A stretch of 63,185 nt of DNA, filler included, from Lenisia limosa (taxonomy: Eukaryota; Protista; Breviatea): NCBI GenBank assembly GCA_001655205.1. It is 16 parts of 16 records of this genome, joined end to end, with 100 filler letters (N's around TTAATTAATTAA, not from the genome) between each part and the next. Parts side by side here need not be neighbours in the genome. Positions count along the whole stretch, not along the records: positions 19,984 to 23,590 come from LPNZ01009193.1; positions 23,691 to 24,704 come from LPNZ01001108.1; positions 24,805 to 28,099 come from LPNZ01010784.1; positions 28,200 to 29,378 come from LPNZ01002999.1; positions 29,479 to 35,774 come from LPNZ01009729.1; positions 35,875 to 40,511 come from LPNZ01001381.1; 10 more parts are not named here. One strand, 5' to 3'. Position 1 is the first letter of the stretch, and every line of letters starts with the position of its first letter. A program made the position numbers and the translations under genes. This document shows, in pieces, positions 23,501 through 36,570 of this stretch. The notes under the pieces were generated by a model. It had not been told where the DNA came from. It saw only the letters and a list, made by a program, of their open reading frames with translations, and searched no databases.

Positions 23501-24854
23501 GAGGGGGGGGATAAAACGAAAGAAATTTCGATGAACGATAATTGTGGGAAAGGTTATAATCACGGATGTAAATATGGAGAGCCTGGGGGANNNNNNNNNN
23601 NNNNNNNNNNNNNNNNNNNNNNNNNNNNNNNNNNTTAATTAATTAANNNNNNNNNNNNNNNNNNNNNNNNNNNNNNNNNNNNNNNNNNNNCTTCCACAAA
23701 ACCTGAACAGCCCCACTGGTGCCTTGGCTCAAGAATCCGATGCATGACATAGTATGATATATCCCTCCCTATTCTTCATATAGTTTGATTTTGTATCACT
23801 GTATTGAAAAAGACTCGGCCGATAAGATATTCTGGACGGAAATGTCTGCTCGTTCTCTTTTATACGTATAGTGTATCATTAGGTTATTTTTAGGTTATTT
23901 TTTGTTAATTATTTGTGTATATATATCCATATGTATTTTAATTCCGTGATTTGAAGTTCGTGTCCCTCCAAAATGATGGGATGTGGTGTTGCAGAAGCGA
24001 TTGGTTGGGGCTTTGTTCGTTTTGTTGTTCCCAACCCTCGTGTGTTGCAAGCCAACAGAGTTGATTTTGGACCCTTTTTGTGTCACTTGTGGATTCTTCC
24101 TCTTCTGGTGTTCCTTTCCTTCTATTCACCCCTCCCCTCTCTCGCTAGTGTATCTTTAACTTGTCCAAATTACCACAAATATTCTTTTAAATTCACGCTG
24201 TAGGGGCAGGAAGCGTATTTTACGTCAACTAAGCTATTCACTATCAATAGAAATTCTATCATGATTGTGCTGTTGTGTGATCAAAAAGGAGTATTTAATT
24301 GAGACACTCAAGAACGAGGTGACACCCAGAGCTATAAGGCAGACTCCGATTTGTAACTCATAAAAAGAGTACATGGTTCATTTCCCACATATCATAGGTG
24401 ACGATTAAAAAGGCAAGCTTTGTGATTGATATTTTGGATCAACGAGTGGATCACTATTAGCTGACACATAAGTAATTAACTACTATAGAAGTTGCCTTTT
24501 TAATCGTCTACCTATGATATGTGGGAAATGAAACCGTGCCCGATTCGAATACATCTTCTTCACGTGATTCAGCTGTTACAAATCTAAAGAGGTACGCAAC
24601 ACGTGGTCTAGCTGTTAGTCCGACTTCAATCCACTCTAATTCGCAATATGATTCCACCACGAATTCTTTTGAAGCCAATTCAAGTACAACCATTCCAGAA
24701 GAAANNNNNNNNNNNNNNNNNNNNNNNNNNNNNNNNNNNNNNNNNNNNTTAATTAATTAANNNNNNNNNNNNNNNNNNNNNNNNNNNNNNNNNNNNNNNN
24801 NNNNGAATACAACTGCTATATACTCCCATATACTTAATTTTTGCTCCCGATCTC

Positions 24855-26140
24855 ACCTGTGAGCGAAAGTCCAACCGATGGCTTGGGGACTACTGAGGGG
24901 GGTGCAGCTATGGGGGCAGGCTGGACGAACTTCTAAAAATGTTATTTCGTCTGAATATTTCCGAAAGAAACTGAAGTATAACGATAAATGAGAAGGCGTA
25001 CATACTACAATATACTGTGCAGTTGCCTTATTTAAGCTATGTAATTGACGTGAACTAACACTGCATATAAATGATAAGCAAAGAAGCTTAAACCAAATTC
25101 AGTTTCACAATGGTTTTTTTTTTTTNNNNNNNNNNNNNNNNNNNNNNNNNNNNNNNNNNNNNNNNNNNNNNNNNNNNNNNNNNNNNNNNNNNNNNNNNNN
25201 NNNNNNNNNNNNNNNNNNNNNNNNNNNNNNNNNNNNNNNNNNNNNNNNNNNNNNNNNNNNNNNNNNNNNNNNNNNNNNNNNNNNNNNNNNNNNNNNNNNN
25301 NNNNNNNNNNNNNNNNNNNNNNNNNNNNNNNNNNNNNNNNNNNNNNNNNNNNNNNNNNNNNNNNNNNTGACAGCCCTCCTTACCATCTCTGAATTGATGT
25401 GGCCATGGCTGAGGCTGGTATAATGGAGGCAACCGTGATACGTGTATATTCTCCATCTTTGAGGTCTGGGGGTGGGACATGAAAATTAGAAAAGCAAAAA
25501 AAAATAAAATAATAATAATAATAACCATTGCCAAATTAATTAGCATTAATCCCCCAACCCTTCTTCTCGTCATGGCTCATGCTCTTAATTTTGAGCCCTT
25601 CAGCAGTCTTGAGGACCACGGTGTAGGTGGTTTTACATCCAAAAGGAGTGGTGGCTGCAACCGCTGCAAGTTCTCTGGTACAGGTCACAGCAAGGACAAT
25701 ATATAAATGAGCAATCACATTCGATCTAGTTTGAACTGAAGAAAATCCTCCAATAGCTTGGGCAAATATCAACATTGATGGAATTGCATAAATTTAAAGT
25801 GTGAGTTCGTATGTCCCTGACATATTATGAACTTTGTGAACACTTTTATACTATTCATTGATTTATTATATTCGTGCTTTACTTTAATCTCAATGTGTAT
25901 TTTTAAGAAAAAAAAGAAACGAAAAAAGGCGCGTAAGAGCATATTGGTGCTAATAGATAGAAGATCTTCGAAATATGAGGGCATCCAAGCATACCTTTCC
26001 GCTTCTACGAAAGACACTTTAGCAATAAGAGCCAGACTGCGTGGTGTAATCTAGATGTCAGAATGTGGGGGGAAGAAGGTCGATCCTACCACACTGCCAT
26101 CATCGAGAAGTTTCTTGATCACTGAATTTACACCATTCAT
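24855..26140 (-). CDS. DNA polymerase delta subunit 3 (POLD3/Cdc27)-like N-terminal winged-helix protein (5' fragment)
   Basis: The spliced product is MNGVNSVIKKLLDDGSV|ITPRSLALIAKVSFVEAE(R)ELAAVAATTPFGCKTTYTVVLKTAEGLKIKSMSHDEKK|DLKDGEYTRITVASII. It resembles POLD3 VTYKWLS..L.V..N.AK..L / VTYLVSG / HVYSIQ, followed by a low-complexity tail. The similarity was judged by eye only. Confidence 0.45.
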
Positions 26141-26451
26141 CTTCGTTTGTTTCTGTTTTTTAGCCAATAATTAAGCACAGTTGAGGCAAAAGGTGAAGAA
26201 AGGGCAAGAAGGCAAAAAACTAGTAACACTTGAAAACCAACGCCAATATCCGACGCGTACGCAATTTTTGTACCTCCAAAATTTCGAAAACCCAAATACA
26301 AATCCTCTCTTTGTAGTAACATTTTTGCAAGAAGAACACAACAATATTGAAAAAAAATCTTAAGCTCAATTTCATTTTTAAGTTTGTCAAAGCTATCCAC
26401 TTGCCAAGCTCGTAACTCCATTGAATCACCGTACAACCGCATTATCTCATT

Positions 26452-28075
26452 ATGCCCGACGACCGTACACCACTGAACCCCCAAAACCAATTGGCCCCTG
26501 TTCCAGAATACTCTCCCAGTCCTCCTCCTAGCGATGTACCAACTCCAAATGTTAATTATCAAGATATGACGCCCTATCCGGACATGTATCCGACCGAGAA
26601 GATTATGTCTCCTCCGTCCAACCAGCAAGGCGCCCCTCCTAACTACTATCCATTGATGCCTGGTGCTCCTGAAGGTGGCTTTGCTCAGACTGCCCCTCCT
26701 CCCGCCTACGCACCCATCGGCGAAGGCCATGTTCCTCTTGAGGTTGGTTTCTTGAGTAGTCATTTTGAGATATTTGATCAGTAGAAGAATTTTTGTGATT
26801 AGCCCTTTTGGTCCATTAGTTTTCCCGAGAAATTCCATAGCTGGTGTCCCTCTCGGTTATGGTGTTATACTGACCAAAACTATTGTATGGATAACCACAT
26901 GTGATATATTGAAACCTATAATATGCGACATCTGACATCTCATTTAGGTTCGCGTCAAGACACAGCCCCATGCTCGTGAAATCTTCAAGGCCGCACCCGG
27001 TAGTTCGGGCAAGCTTGAAGACTGTGGCCTTCCCACGCTCCAGGTTTGTGTGATGATACAGTTACACAGTTTTTATTTTCTTGGTCACTACAATTATGAA
27101 AAGGCAGCATTAGCTATTCCATTATCGCTAAACATCTTAGGCTGTGTCTCCCAAGGTTGCTGCTCTTGCTGAGGTGGGGTCTCTGGAATCTTCTGACTTA
27201 GTCTGTTTTCGTTTAGGCTCACAAACAGTACAGTTGACCCCAATAGTCATTATATTATCACCTCTTGATCAATATCATGATGTGCCCATTTTAGTCATGG
27301 TGTCACCATTTTAGTCATGATGTCACCATTTTAGCCATGATGTCACCATTTTAGCCATGATGTCACCATTTTAGTCAGGTGCACTTGGCCNNNNNNNNNN
27401 NNNNNNNNNNNNNNNNNNNNNNNNNNNNNNNNNNNNNNNNNNNNNNNNNNNNNNNNNNNNNNNNNNNNNNNNNNNNNTCTCTACCCTATCATCAATGATC
27501 TCACTGTAGGAGGGCTGGGTATTGTGTTGTGGTGGACATAATCGCTATCCTTATATCTGATGAATGGTTTTGTCAGACTCCCCCTGGTTTGGTATTGACT
27601 ATTCAATATTGGTGGGTAAGATAATTATGTCAATCATCTTCAAGCGCTTTTTATTGTTATTATTCTTTTTTTATGGCAACAGCCACGTTGATAGAAGAAT
27701 ACCCTCACGTTATAGGAGCGAAACGTAGAGCTGATGGTCAACATGACCGACTTCAGCGACATTGCCCTTCAAATGACCTCCCGCACCCGGCTCTACATCC
27801 ATTATGATGGACACTATCTGTGTCATTTCGAACCGGCAAGCTCAAACAGGTTGGTATGGGGTAGGGGGATGCTAACCAATACTCTATTACCCATTTTGCT
27901 ACATATTGATAGATTTTCATGTCCTACTCTGGAATTTGGAGCATTTCTGAACGATTAGTATATTATACGCCAATAATCATCAACGAAATTTCCGTCGTTC
28001 ACCTCTTCCCCAGATGGCTGACACGGTCCATGTTCCTTGACTTGCGTACTGGTGTCGTCCGTAAGAAGTGGAAGG
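26452..28075 (+). CDS. Hypothetical protein with a Pro/Tyr-rich N-terminus (5' fragment)
   Basis: ORF 26452-26742 followed by spliced exons VRVKTQPHAREIFK..., AVSPKVAALAE, NVELMVNMTDFSDIALQMTSRTRLYIHYDG and WLTRSMFLDLRTG. Confidence 0.55.
27280..27380. repeat. 20-bp intronic tandem repeat (ATGATGTCACCATTTTAG(T/C)C) x~5
   Basis: Directly visible tandem units. Confidence 0.85.
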
Positions 28076-28489
28076 TTTGCTCCTAATGGGGTGCAGCGTN
28101 NNNNNNNNNNNNNNNNNNNNNNNNNNNNNNNNNNNNNNNNNNNTTAATTAATTAANNNNNNNNNNNNNNNNNNNNNNNNNNNNNNNNNNNNNNNNNNNNA
28201 GGTGGTGGTGGTAATTATAGTGATAGAGGGGAGGAGGGGGGGGGGTCCCCAGAATCAACTCTTACGGTCCCAAAAGAGGCTGAATTTCCTGATAAATCCT
28301 CAATAAATATCGATATTTTGACGGTTGCAGGGAAGCCCTATCCATAATAATATGCAATTAACCATCAAACCAATGGATGATATCATATCCCCCGAACTAA
28401 TATAACCTCCATATTTCCTTTCCCCGAACTAATATAACCTCCATATTTCCGTTCCCCCGAACTAATAGAAGGCGAAGACATATCCAAAC

Positions 28490-29150
28490 TTGGCCGCTGT
28501 CTTGGGTCAGCAGAGGGGTCAATAATGCCGAGGACAGGGGGGTTGGAGGGAGGCTTTGGCCCCTCCTCTGGTTCAGGCTCCATAATCTGGACAGATTAAG
28601 ACATGAACAGTAAAACAGTGTAAATGTAAAATGTTTAGAAATAAAACAAAGATGTAAGGCAGTGATCAATATCTGTGGTAGGACTATCAATATCTTTTAC
28701 AAGAGGTCATAGTGCATACCTGCGATCTTAGAGCGTTTTGTGTGACAGGCTTCAGAATGTCCAATTTAGGGTTCAGCAGGGCTTGGACCTAGGGGGGGGG
28801 GGGGAGTAAAATTGAAAAATTTATGAAACAAAAAAAATGCCCAAAATCAATAACGTTGGCTGACAACACACAAGGGATGATGATAACANNNNNNNNNNNN
28901 NNNNNNNNNNNNNNNNNNNNNNNNNNNNNNNNNNNNNNNNNNNNNNNNNNNNNNNNNNNNNNNNNNNNNNNNNNNNNNNNNNNNNNCAAAATAAACTCTA
29001 TGGGCGAAACATTTGAGTAAAACACACGAGTTTTAAAAACAAGAAATAATACCGACCTCTCTATTCAAGCGGCTGAAAGCGGCTGAGGAGGAGCATTGGG
29101 AGAGGTTCACCGTTTGATCGTTCAAAAGTTCCGTGTTGGTGTTAACCACC
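28490..29150 (-). CDS. Hypothetical protein (internal exons)
   Basis: Exons VVNTNTELLNDQTVNLSQCSS, VQALLNPKLDILKPVTQNALRSQ and IMEPEPEEGPKPPSNPPVLGIIDP have canonical GT-AG boundaries. Confidence 0.4.
28789..28888 (-). repeat. Family C intronic repeat ending at a 3' splice site
   Basis: The minus strand reads ...TGTCAGCCAACGTTATTGATTTTGGGCATTTTTTTTGTTTCATAAATTTTTCAATTTTACTC(C)nTAG| into the exon VQALLNPK. Confidence 0.75.
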
Positions 29151-29725
29151 TTTTGAATAAATGGTAAACTGAAGCAATATAATTTTGTGCTGGAAGATGG
29201 TAGTGACTGAAGCAATATGATATTGTTTGTGATAGGAATGTTAGCCCATAGATATGATCATATGACCGACTTTCGAGTCAAAATGATTAATGAAGATACC
29301 AGGGTTCACCCCGAGTGTATCAGAGTATCATTGAGACTTATAGGTCCATTATCAGTACGAGGAGATATGCTCAGTACGNNNNNNNNNNNNNNNNNNNNNN
29401 NNNNNNNNNNNNNNNNNNNNNNTTAATTAATTAANNNNNNNNNNNNNNNNNNNNNNNNNNNNNNNNNNNNNNNNNNNNAGAAACCCTCAAACAAATAAAA
29501 ATAGAGTGGGGAGGTTTAACTTTTGGTGGTGATATTGTGTGTAATAATGTGGGGACAGGGCTTAACTTCGGTTCGAAAAAACCCAGGAAAATATCGATAG
29601 TTTTCGAGGATTTCTCGAGAAATTCAGTCTTTTTCGAACCGTAGAAGAACACGTCCCCCCCCCCCCCNNNNNNNNNNNNNNNNNNNNNNNNNNNNNNNNN
29701 NNNNNNNNNNNNNNNNNNNNNNNNG

Positions 29726-32064
29726 ATACACTGCTAGTTTCGGGTTGTTGTAGAGGGAGCAGAGATGCACTCCATTGTTACCCTGAAATATAAACAAAAT
29801 TATTCGAAAAAGAAAACACTTTGGTAAGATTAGAATATTTTTTAAACATAATAAACCCAAAATCAACTCCGTTGGTGCCACACACTACGGTTGAGGGGAG
29901 AGGAGATGGGAACGTTGATCGTTAGCTATTAATTCATTTACATAAAATGCGACAAATGATAGAATTATATATTTTTTAAAACAATGCCACAGAAGAAATA
30001 ATAATTGATGAAAAAAAAAATAACACCGAGAATACTCCCCCTCCCAACGTTCTTATCAACAACATCGATTTTCGCCTTAAGAGTAGTCAGCATCATAGCG
30101 CATTCGAGCGCCCCTGTCACACAACAGACAAGGAAGGGGGTTTTACCCTGAGGGTTAGGGATGGGAGTAAAATTGAAAAATATATGAAACAAAAAAGCAT
30201 AATAAAACAAGTAAAACCCCAAATCAACTCTATTGGCTGACAATAACAACAAGATAAATAAATCAGTCACTTCGCGCAGCACCACATCCCGTCACTTCAG
30301 AAATGAGGTACATGCGGGTATGTATAATACAATACAATGAGGGGGTGATACGATAAGACAGGATAAGGCGCGGGGGGAGGGGGGGAGTAAAACAAAAGGA
30401 AATTCGATAAGAATATTGGCGAAAAGGTACTAATCACGAACCGATAAAAATGCTATGGGATGTTATGGAGGCTTAGGTAAGGTGTGTCAATGGAAGATCC
30501 TTCTGTTTACTTCATTAATATCTTTAAACAATTAAGTGCTTGGAGACCCAAGCCTTCCCTACGGTCCAAAAAGGTCTGAATTTCTCGATAAATATCGATA
30601 TCTGACCGGTCTTTTCCGACCGTAGGGAAGTCCTAAGGTGAGTGTTATGGGTTCATTTCACAAAGACTATAGCCAGGCCCCACCTCAAAATCGCGACTCT
30701 CCAAATTGGCTTTCTGTACTACCAGCTCCGCTGCAGTGCAAATCTGGTCGTAGGCACACGCCCAGTGCATGAGAGAGTATTCACCCTGAGGGAGTAAAAC
30801 ACTTTTAGTTGAATTAATTGGCAAAAAAAAACAAAATCACCTCAGTTAAATATGGAAAATATATGGAGGGGGGTAGCAGTGAAAAGAACAATTTATGAAA
30901 CAAAACAAAAAACATCAACAACAAAACAACTCCATCATCATAAACATGCCCCCCACATCATCTTCATTTGGACTTAAACCTTTCCTAATAAACTTCTTAA
31001 GTGAACGGCCATAGCCGCGCGCTGCTGCAAACGCCTCAACCGTTGTGCACTACGGGATCAAATTTGTATAAATTTACACATGTATATGATAAGCTGTAAA
31101 CTCAGGGGATCACTCTATAAAACTATTAATAGCTATGAATACTGTCTTTTTAAAACCCGCTCAGAAAGCTGTAAACCGGCTATACTGTTCAATGGCACAA
31201 AAAATAGCTATTGAGGACATTACTATTAATTATTGCTACTAGCAAACATTGTCTTTTCAAAAACCACTAAATCAAATCATTTTACAATAATAAAAAAGGA
31301 CATAAAACAACCGTAAAAACACGGGGTCATTCTATGAAACAATGCTATTGAAAGGACATAAAACAACCAGCAGCCCACGGGGTCATTCTGGCGGAACTGG
31401 TCTCTAAAAACCGGGAGTTGTGCACGGGCCAAATGGAGGAAGCCAGCAATCTCGATGTTCACATTGAAGAGCGCCTGGTCTATTGCTAGCGTGGACTGTG
31501 AGGGGAGGGGGGTATGAAATAAACAAAAAAAAAAGCCCTAAATCAACTCTGTTGACTGAAAACACACAAGGGTTGATTTTGGTTCCTATCATTATCTCAC
31601 ATACCCACCCACCCACACACACTGACACACACCCACCCAAATTATCCACACCTCACATTTTCATCCAACTCATTGATGTCTCTCTCCTTGATATAGTGAA
31701 TGGCGGCGGCTATGTCGCCCTTTCGTGCAGCCTCGTGCAGCGGGAACTGTGGGGTCCTGAAAGAAGGGGTAAAATCGGAAAATTTATCAAAAAGTAAAAA
31801 TCAATGTAAAATTGGAAAATTAATGAATCAAAAAAGCCCAAATCAGCTCTGTTGACTGACAACACACGAGGGNNNNNNNNNNNNNNNNNNNNNNNNNNNN
31901 NNNNNNNNNNNNNNNNNNNNNNNNNNNNNNNNNNNNNNNNNNNNNNNNNNNNNNNNNNNNNNNNNNNNNNNNNNNNNNNNNACCTGAAGGCTCTAGGTTC
32001 CCATTCCTTGCACCAGACCCACATTTTGCCTTCTCCAACACAGAAGAAGGTCAGGCACACCCCA
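29726..32064 (-). CDS. Ankyrin-repeat protein (fragment)
   Basis: Exons encode FPLHEAARKGDIAAAIHYIKERDINELDEN, GEYSLMHWACAYDQICTAAELVVQKANLESRDFE, GKTPFLVCCVTGALECAMMLTTLKAKIDVVDKN and GNNGVHLCSLYNNPKLAVY. Confidence 0.8.
30148..30300 (-). repeat. Family C intronic repeat (near full length) ending at a 3' splice site
   Basis: Runs from GTGACGGGATGTGGTGCTGC through GTCAGCCAATAGAGTTGATTTGGGG to TTTTACTCCCATCCCTAACCCTCAG|, the acceptor of the ankyrin exon GKTPF. Confidence 0.75.
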
Positions 32065-32322
32065 CTGAAGTGAAGATCCGCTACTTCATTAACTCTGAAC
32101 GTGTTTTTGTAACACTGTCTGAATATCTAAATATAACAGTTTAATAGATCTTTATAAGCACTAATTATCGTTGGAAGAGGCTTTTTCAAAAAATGCAAAC
32201 TTTTTGAAATCAGTGAATTCACGCCAATTATTGCGCTACGCGTGGCCTTTTAATGAAATATAGATGTTCCTTCCAGCCTTTCTACACTCTTAATTATAAT
32301 AAAATATTAGATAGATCTATCT

Positions 32323-34050
32323 AATGGAGGCGGAAGAAGCAACATCAAGCCCCCAGCAGCGTCAACAGCCAAACACCATCCAAGCTCTTGACACAATCGA
32401 TTTGGTAGGGCTTCTTTTAAGAACAACAAAGCTGGATGTAGCAATTAACTTGCAATTATCTAAAAGCAAAGAGAAATCCAAATAATGCAGTCGACTAGAA
32501 ATAAACCTCCTGAAGGTTTTCACTGTTCGAGAAAACTGTTCATTTTCATATTATTTGTAGATATGCCTACTAATCCTCAATACAACTACATTTATAGTTT
32601 CAAAACAACTAAGACCTAAATATTACTTAAGTTGAAAAGCCTGTGGTAGCAGTTAGCACGGAGAACATTTTCAATGTAAATATTATTTTTTTAGCACATA
32701 GTTTCAATTTAAACTAATATAAAAGCACAGCGTTTCACAGTAAACTGAGTTAATCATTCAGCGCATTTTTTCAATGCTGTAGGATGCAGTAGATGATTAA
32801 TATATTCATATACTATGCACAATACATATAAACTAATCCTTTACTCTGGTATTTCAACTAATACCACAACATTATCACAACAGTTTCAATGGCGCTAATC
32901 TTCCAGCCCACTTTTGTCAATGCCTGATGTTCATATCATGTACATATCATGTACATTTTAGTAACATTTCAGCACCTTCGTGTTAAAACACTTCCGGGTA
33001 TTATGTTCTCTATTCCTTCGGAATATTATGGCAATATTCATGTATCTGATGTATAGTACAAAAATATCATAGTATTAGTACTGTGTGTATGGTCCGAAAA
33101 AGACCATGAAAATATCGTTATTGGTATGCCTAACACTTCAGCGCATCGTATCAATATTAGATGAGGCAGCCGCATTGTCTGATATCCTTGGTAGCAACCC
33201 CATAGACACAGACGCTCTGATGAACGCGGCTAAGGGTGTCAAAGACAGTCTTAATGTGGGGATGGTGATTTATTGCTGGTGTTTTTTTAACGGGGGAGGT
33301 GGAAAGTAAGTCATATTTTATAAAAAATTACTCCGCCATCCTCCCTCCTTCATTTCACAATTTAGTACTACCCCCGCCCCCTCACTCGTATTTGTTATTT
33401 TTTTATTTATATTGTTTTTTTTTGTTTGTTTGGAGTTTCAGATTATTCGGTTCGTGATTGGAACCTTTACGCCACTATTCTTAATCGAAATATTCTTCTT
33501 TTTACTGAGTGATGTGATGCAGTACTGCAGCGACTGGCCTGAGCTTTGTTTGTTTTGTGATCAACCTTGTGTGTTTTCAGCCAAAAGTTGTTTTTGGGCT
33601 TTTTTTTTGTTTCATGAATTTCCTTCGTTTCACCCCCCCCCCCTTGCTTTCTTTCATTCNNNNNNNNNNNNNNNNNNNNNNNNNNNNNNNNNNNNNNNNN
33701 NNNNNNNNNNNNNNNNNNNNNNNNNNNNNNNNNNNNNNNNNNNNNNNNNNNNNNNNNNNNNNNNNNNNNNNNNNNNNNNNNNNNNNNNNNNNNNNNNNNN
33801 NNNNNNNNNNNNNNNNNNNNNNNNNNNNNNNNNNNNNNNNNNNNNNNNNAAAAAAACAAGAGAAATAATTTAAATCTAGCAAAACAGATAAATTCGTAGG
33901 GATAACATCAACAATTTACCATGCTTTCGCGGCCACGTGGAGAGTTTGGTGATTTTAGTGGCATGATTTCACTGATTTTAGCCAATCGAGTGATCACACA
34001 ATGCTACACCGATATGAAGAACGCTGTTGAAGAATCTGTAGAATCTGTAG
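32323..34050 (+). CDS. Hypothetical multi-exon protein
   Basis: MEAEEATSSPQQRQQPNTIQALDTIDL|...|RIVSILDEAAALSDILGSNPIDTDALMNAAKGVKDSLNVGM| plus further short exons. Confidence 0.45.
33510..33659 (+). repeat. Family C intronic repeat, sense orientation
   Basis: GTGATGTGATGCAGTACTGCAGCGACTGGCC...TCAACCTTGTGTGTTTTCAGCCAAAAGTTG...GTTTCATGAATTTCC...(C)n, followed by an N gap. Confidence 0.7.
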
Positions 34051-34466
34051 GGAGGGGGGGGTAAAATGGCTTTTTTGTTATTCCTCTTTTGGCTTTGGGT
34101 TCGCCCCGCCTATTCAACTGTTTGGGGTTTTGTTTCGATTTTGTTCCCAATCAAAAACAGTATTGTCAGTGCGCTTTTTTTGTTTTCCTGTTATCAACCA
34201 TTATTATTTTTGTTTCATAAATTTTCCAATTTTAGTTGATTTTGGGCTTTTTTTTTGTTTCATAAAGGATCCAATCCCCCCATCTCTTTTACTGCTTATT
34301 ATTTTTTGTTTGGAGTTTGATTATGTTACGCCAATTCTTCATCTTCATTTTACCCCCCCTCCCAGAGACCCTTAAGTGATGAACTTCCGATAAAATCTGA
34401 GCATTGAAGTCTATCTGAGCTGATATGAAGCCTGTAAATGTGCAGGAAACCGATGTGATCTCTGAT

Positions 34467-35700
34467 CTAGTTTTCGCGTGATTGATAATGAATTGTGTTC
34501 TTTTTGAGGAATTGGTTGACCTTTGATTTGAATTTATCCGAGCCGGTTTCTGGGTTGGCCACTAAGGTCAATAATGGTGCAGTACTCCACCGCTTATAAA
34601 CGTGATGAAAATCTAACAAATGGAATGCCTGACAAAATAGCCCATACGATATCAATGGCATTGACCATTAGAAAACAGGATTCCATATCCTACATTATAT
34701 AATGTAGATAATAACAGTAGCATAATGTAAACTCTTATCATTGAGGGGGGATATAACAGTATAATATTGTTCTTCATCTGTCAAGCTATACAACACCATT
34801 ATGCAGCTCTTAATGGGGCACATTTTCCAAATTCCTCATACTTTCCATTTATTTTCCATCACAACTTAGCTTGTGTTTTGTTTATTCCCAACAGTTTTTT
34901 TTATGACTTATGCTTCCACCCCCCCCCCCCCCCCNNNNNNNNNNNNNNNNNNNNNNNNNNNNNNNNNNNNNNNNNNNNNNNNNNNNNNNNNNNNNNNNNN
35001 NNNNNNNNNNNNNNNNNNNNNNNNNNNNNNNNNNNNNNNCACGATGGTAAGGGAGACATCTGGAAGAAGTGAATAGAGGCATTTTTTTTTGTATGAGAGC
35101 AAAGAACTAATTCCGTGCAATTGAAAAAATAATTACAAAATTTGAAGTGCGACATATTGTATTATAAACTCCATTTCAGACATTTGTCAAATATTTTTAA
35201 TAAAATTAACAGCACCAATTCCTAGATACTATTGGCCGCGATAAGTCCTGACATGATTGGCTAAAGATAAAGCTCAATATCCGTGCCAGGATATATTGTT
35301 GTCAATTTGTGAACATAATGAAAAAGGTCTTTAATCTGAGTTATTACATCAAGCCCCCCTCACAAGTTTGCTCAAAATCTTCAATCAGCGTCATTTTCAT
35401 GGCTCTGCAGCCACTCCTCATCTTCCTCCTCCTCAGAATAGAGCTGCAACGGTAAACAAACAGAAATAAAACATAAAAAAAACAGTCGAAAAAAGAAAAC
35501 AACACTAAAAAACAGAAATAACATCAAGAAACAGAAAAATAAATAAATAAATATATAAATCAGGAAAATAAAGTAGGAAGATTAGCAAATAGCATTACAA
35601 AACAAAACAACAAAAAAACAAACAAAATATAATCCGAAAAAGTCACTCATCCCACTTCGTTATCTGGCTGGAGGCGTTTGCGGGGGCTAGAGCGTGAGAT
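34467..35700 (-). CDS. Hypothetical protein (3' exons)
   Basis: Terminal exon ...YKRWSTAPLLTLVANPETGSDKFKSKVNQFLKKNTIHYQSREN*, with candidate upstream exons near 35370-35450 and 35650-35690. Confidence 0.3.
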
Positions 35701-36570
35701 AATGTACACTCAATATAGTAAAACAATGAGAAATAAGTTAAATAACAAGGTTGTATCTGGCCGAAGCCATCCACNNNNNNNNNNNNNNNNNNNNNNNNNN
35801 NNNNNNNNNNNNNNNNNNTTAATTAATTAANNNNNNNNNNNNNNNNNNNNNNNNNNNNNNNNNNNNNNNNNNNNTGTGGGTGGCGGGGGGACTAGGGTTT
35901 CACTTCGGTTCAAAAAAAAAGACTGAATTTGTCGATAAATCCTCGAAAACTATTGATATTTTCCCGGAATTTTTTGAACCGAAGTGAAGCCTTAGAAGGG
36001 GGGGGGGACCCTTGTTGTTTGCCGAGTGAATGATCAAGGACCATAATTATATTGCTCTAAGTAGGGGGCTTCACTTCGGTTCGGAAAATACTGGTAAATA
36101 TCGATAGTTTTCGAGGAGTTATCGAGAAATTCAGTCTCTTTTGGAACTGAAGTGAAGTCCAAGCTCTGAGACTTCCTAGACGGTCTTTGGATTTTAGGGT
36201 GATCAGCCCTCGCAAGGGGGAGTAAAGAGACTTTGGGGATATGGTAGGGCTATTTGGCTGTGAGTTGAGGCAGAGAGGGAAGGGCTATTTTATTAGCAGG
36301 AAGAAAGGGGATACATAGTTTGATACTGGGCTTGAATTTACCTCTTTAGATGTGTGATTTGGGAGAAACAGCTGATGCCACGAGAAGAGGTTGTGAACCC
36401 TGTTCCATAGGCTCCCATGCATCTGAGGTGACTTGGTGGTGGTGCATTAGTATTAAAAATAATGGAGACAATAATGCTTGATGTAGTGCTGGAATTATGA
36501 TAGGAATGTGATGGGAATTTGGAGATTTAGTCAACTTCTTTCTTACAGTTCTCTTACTAACACTAAACAG

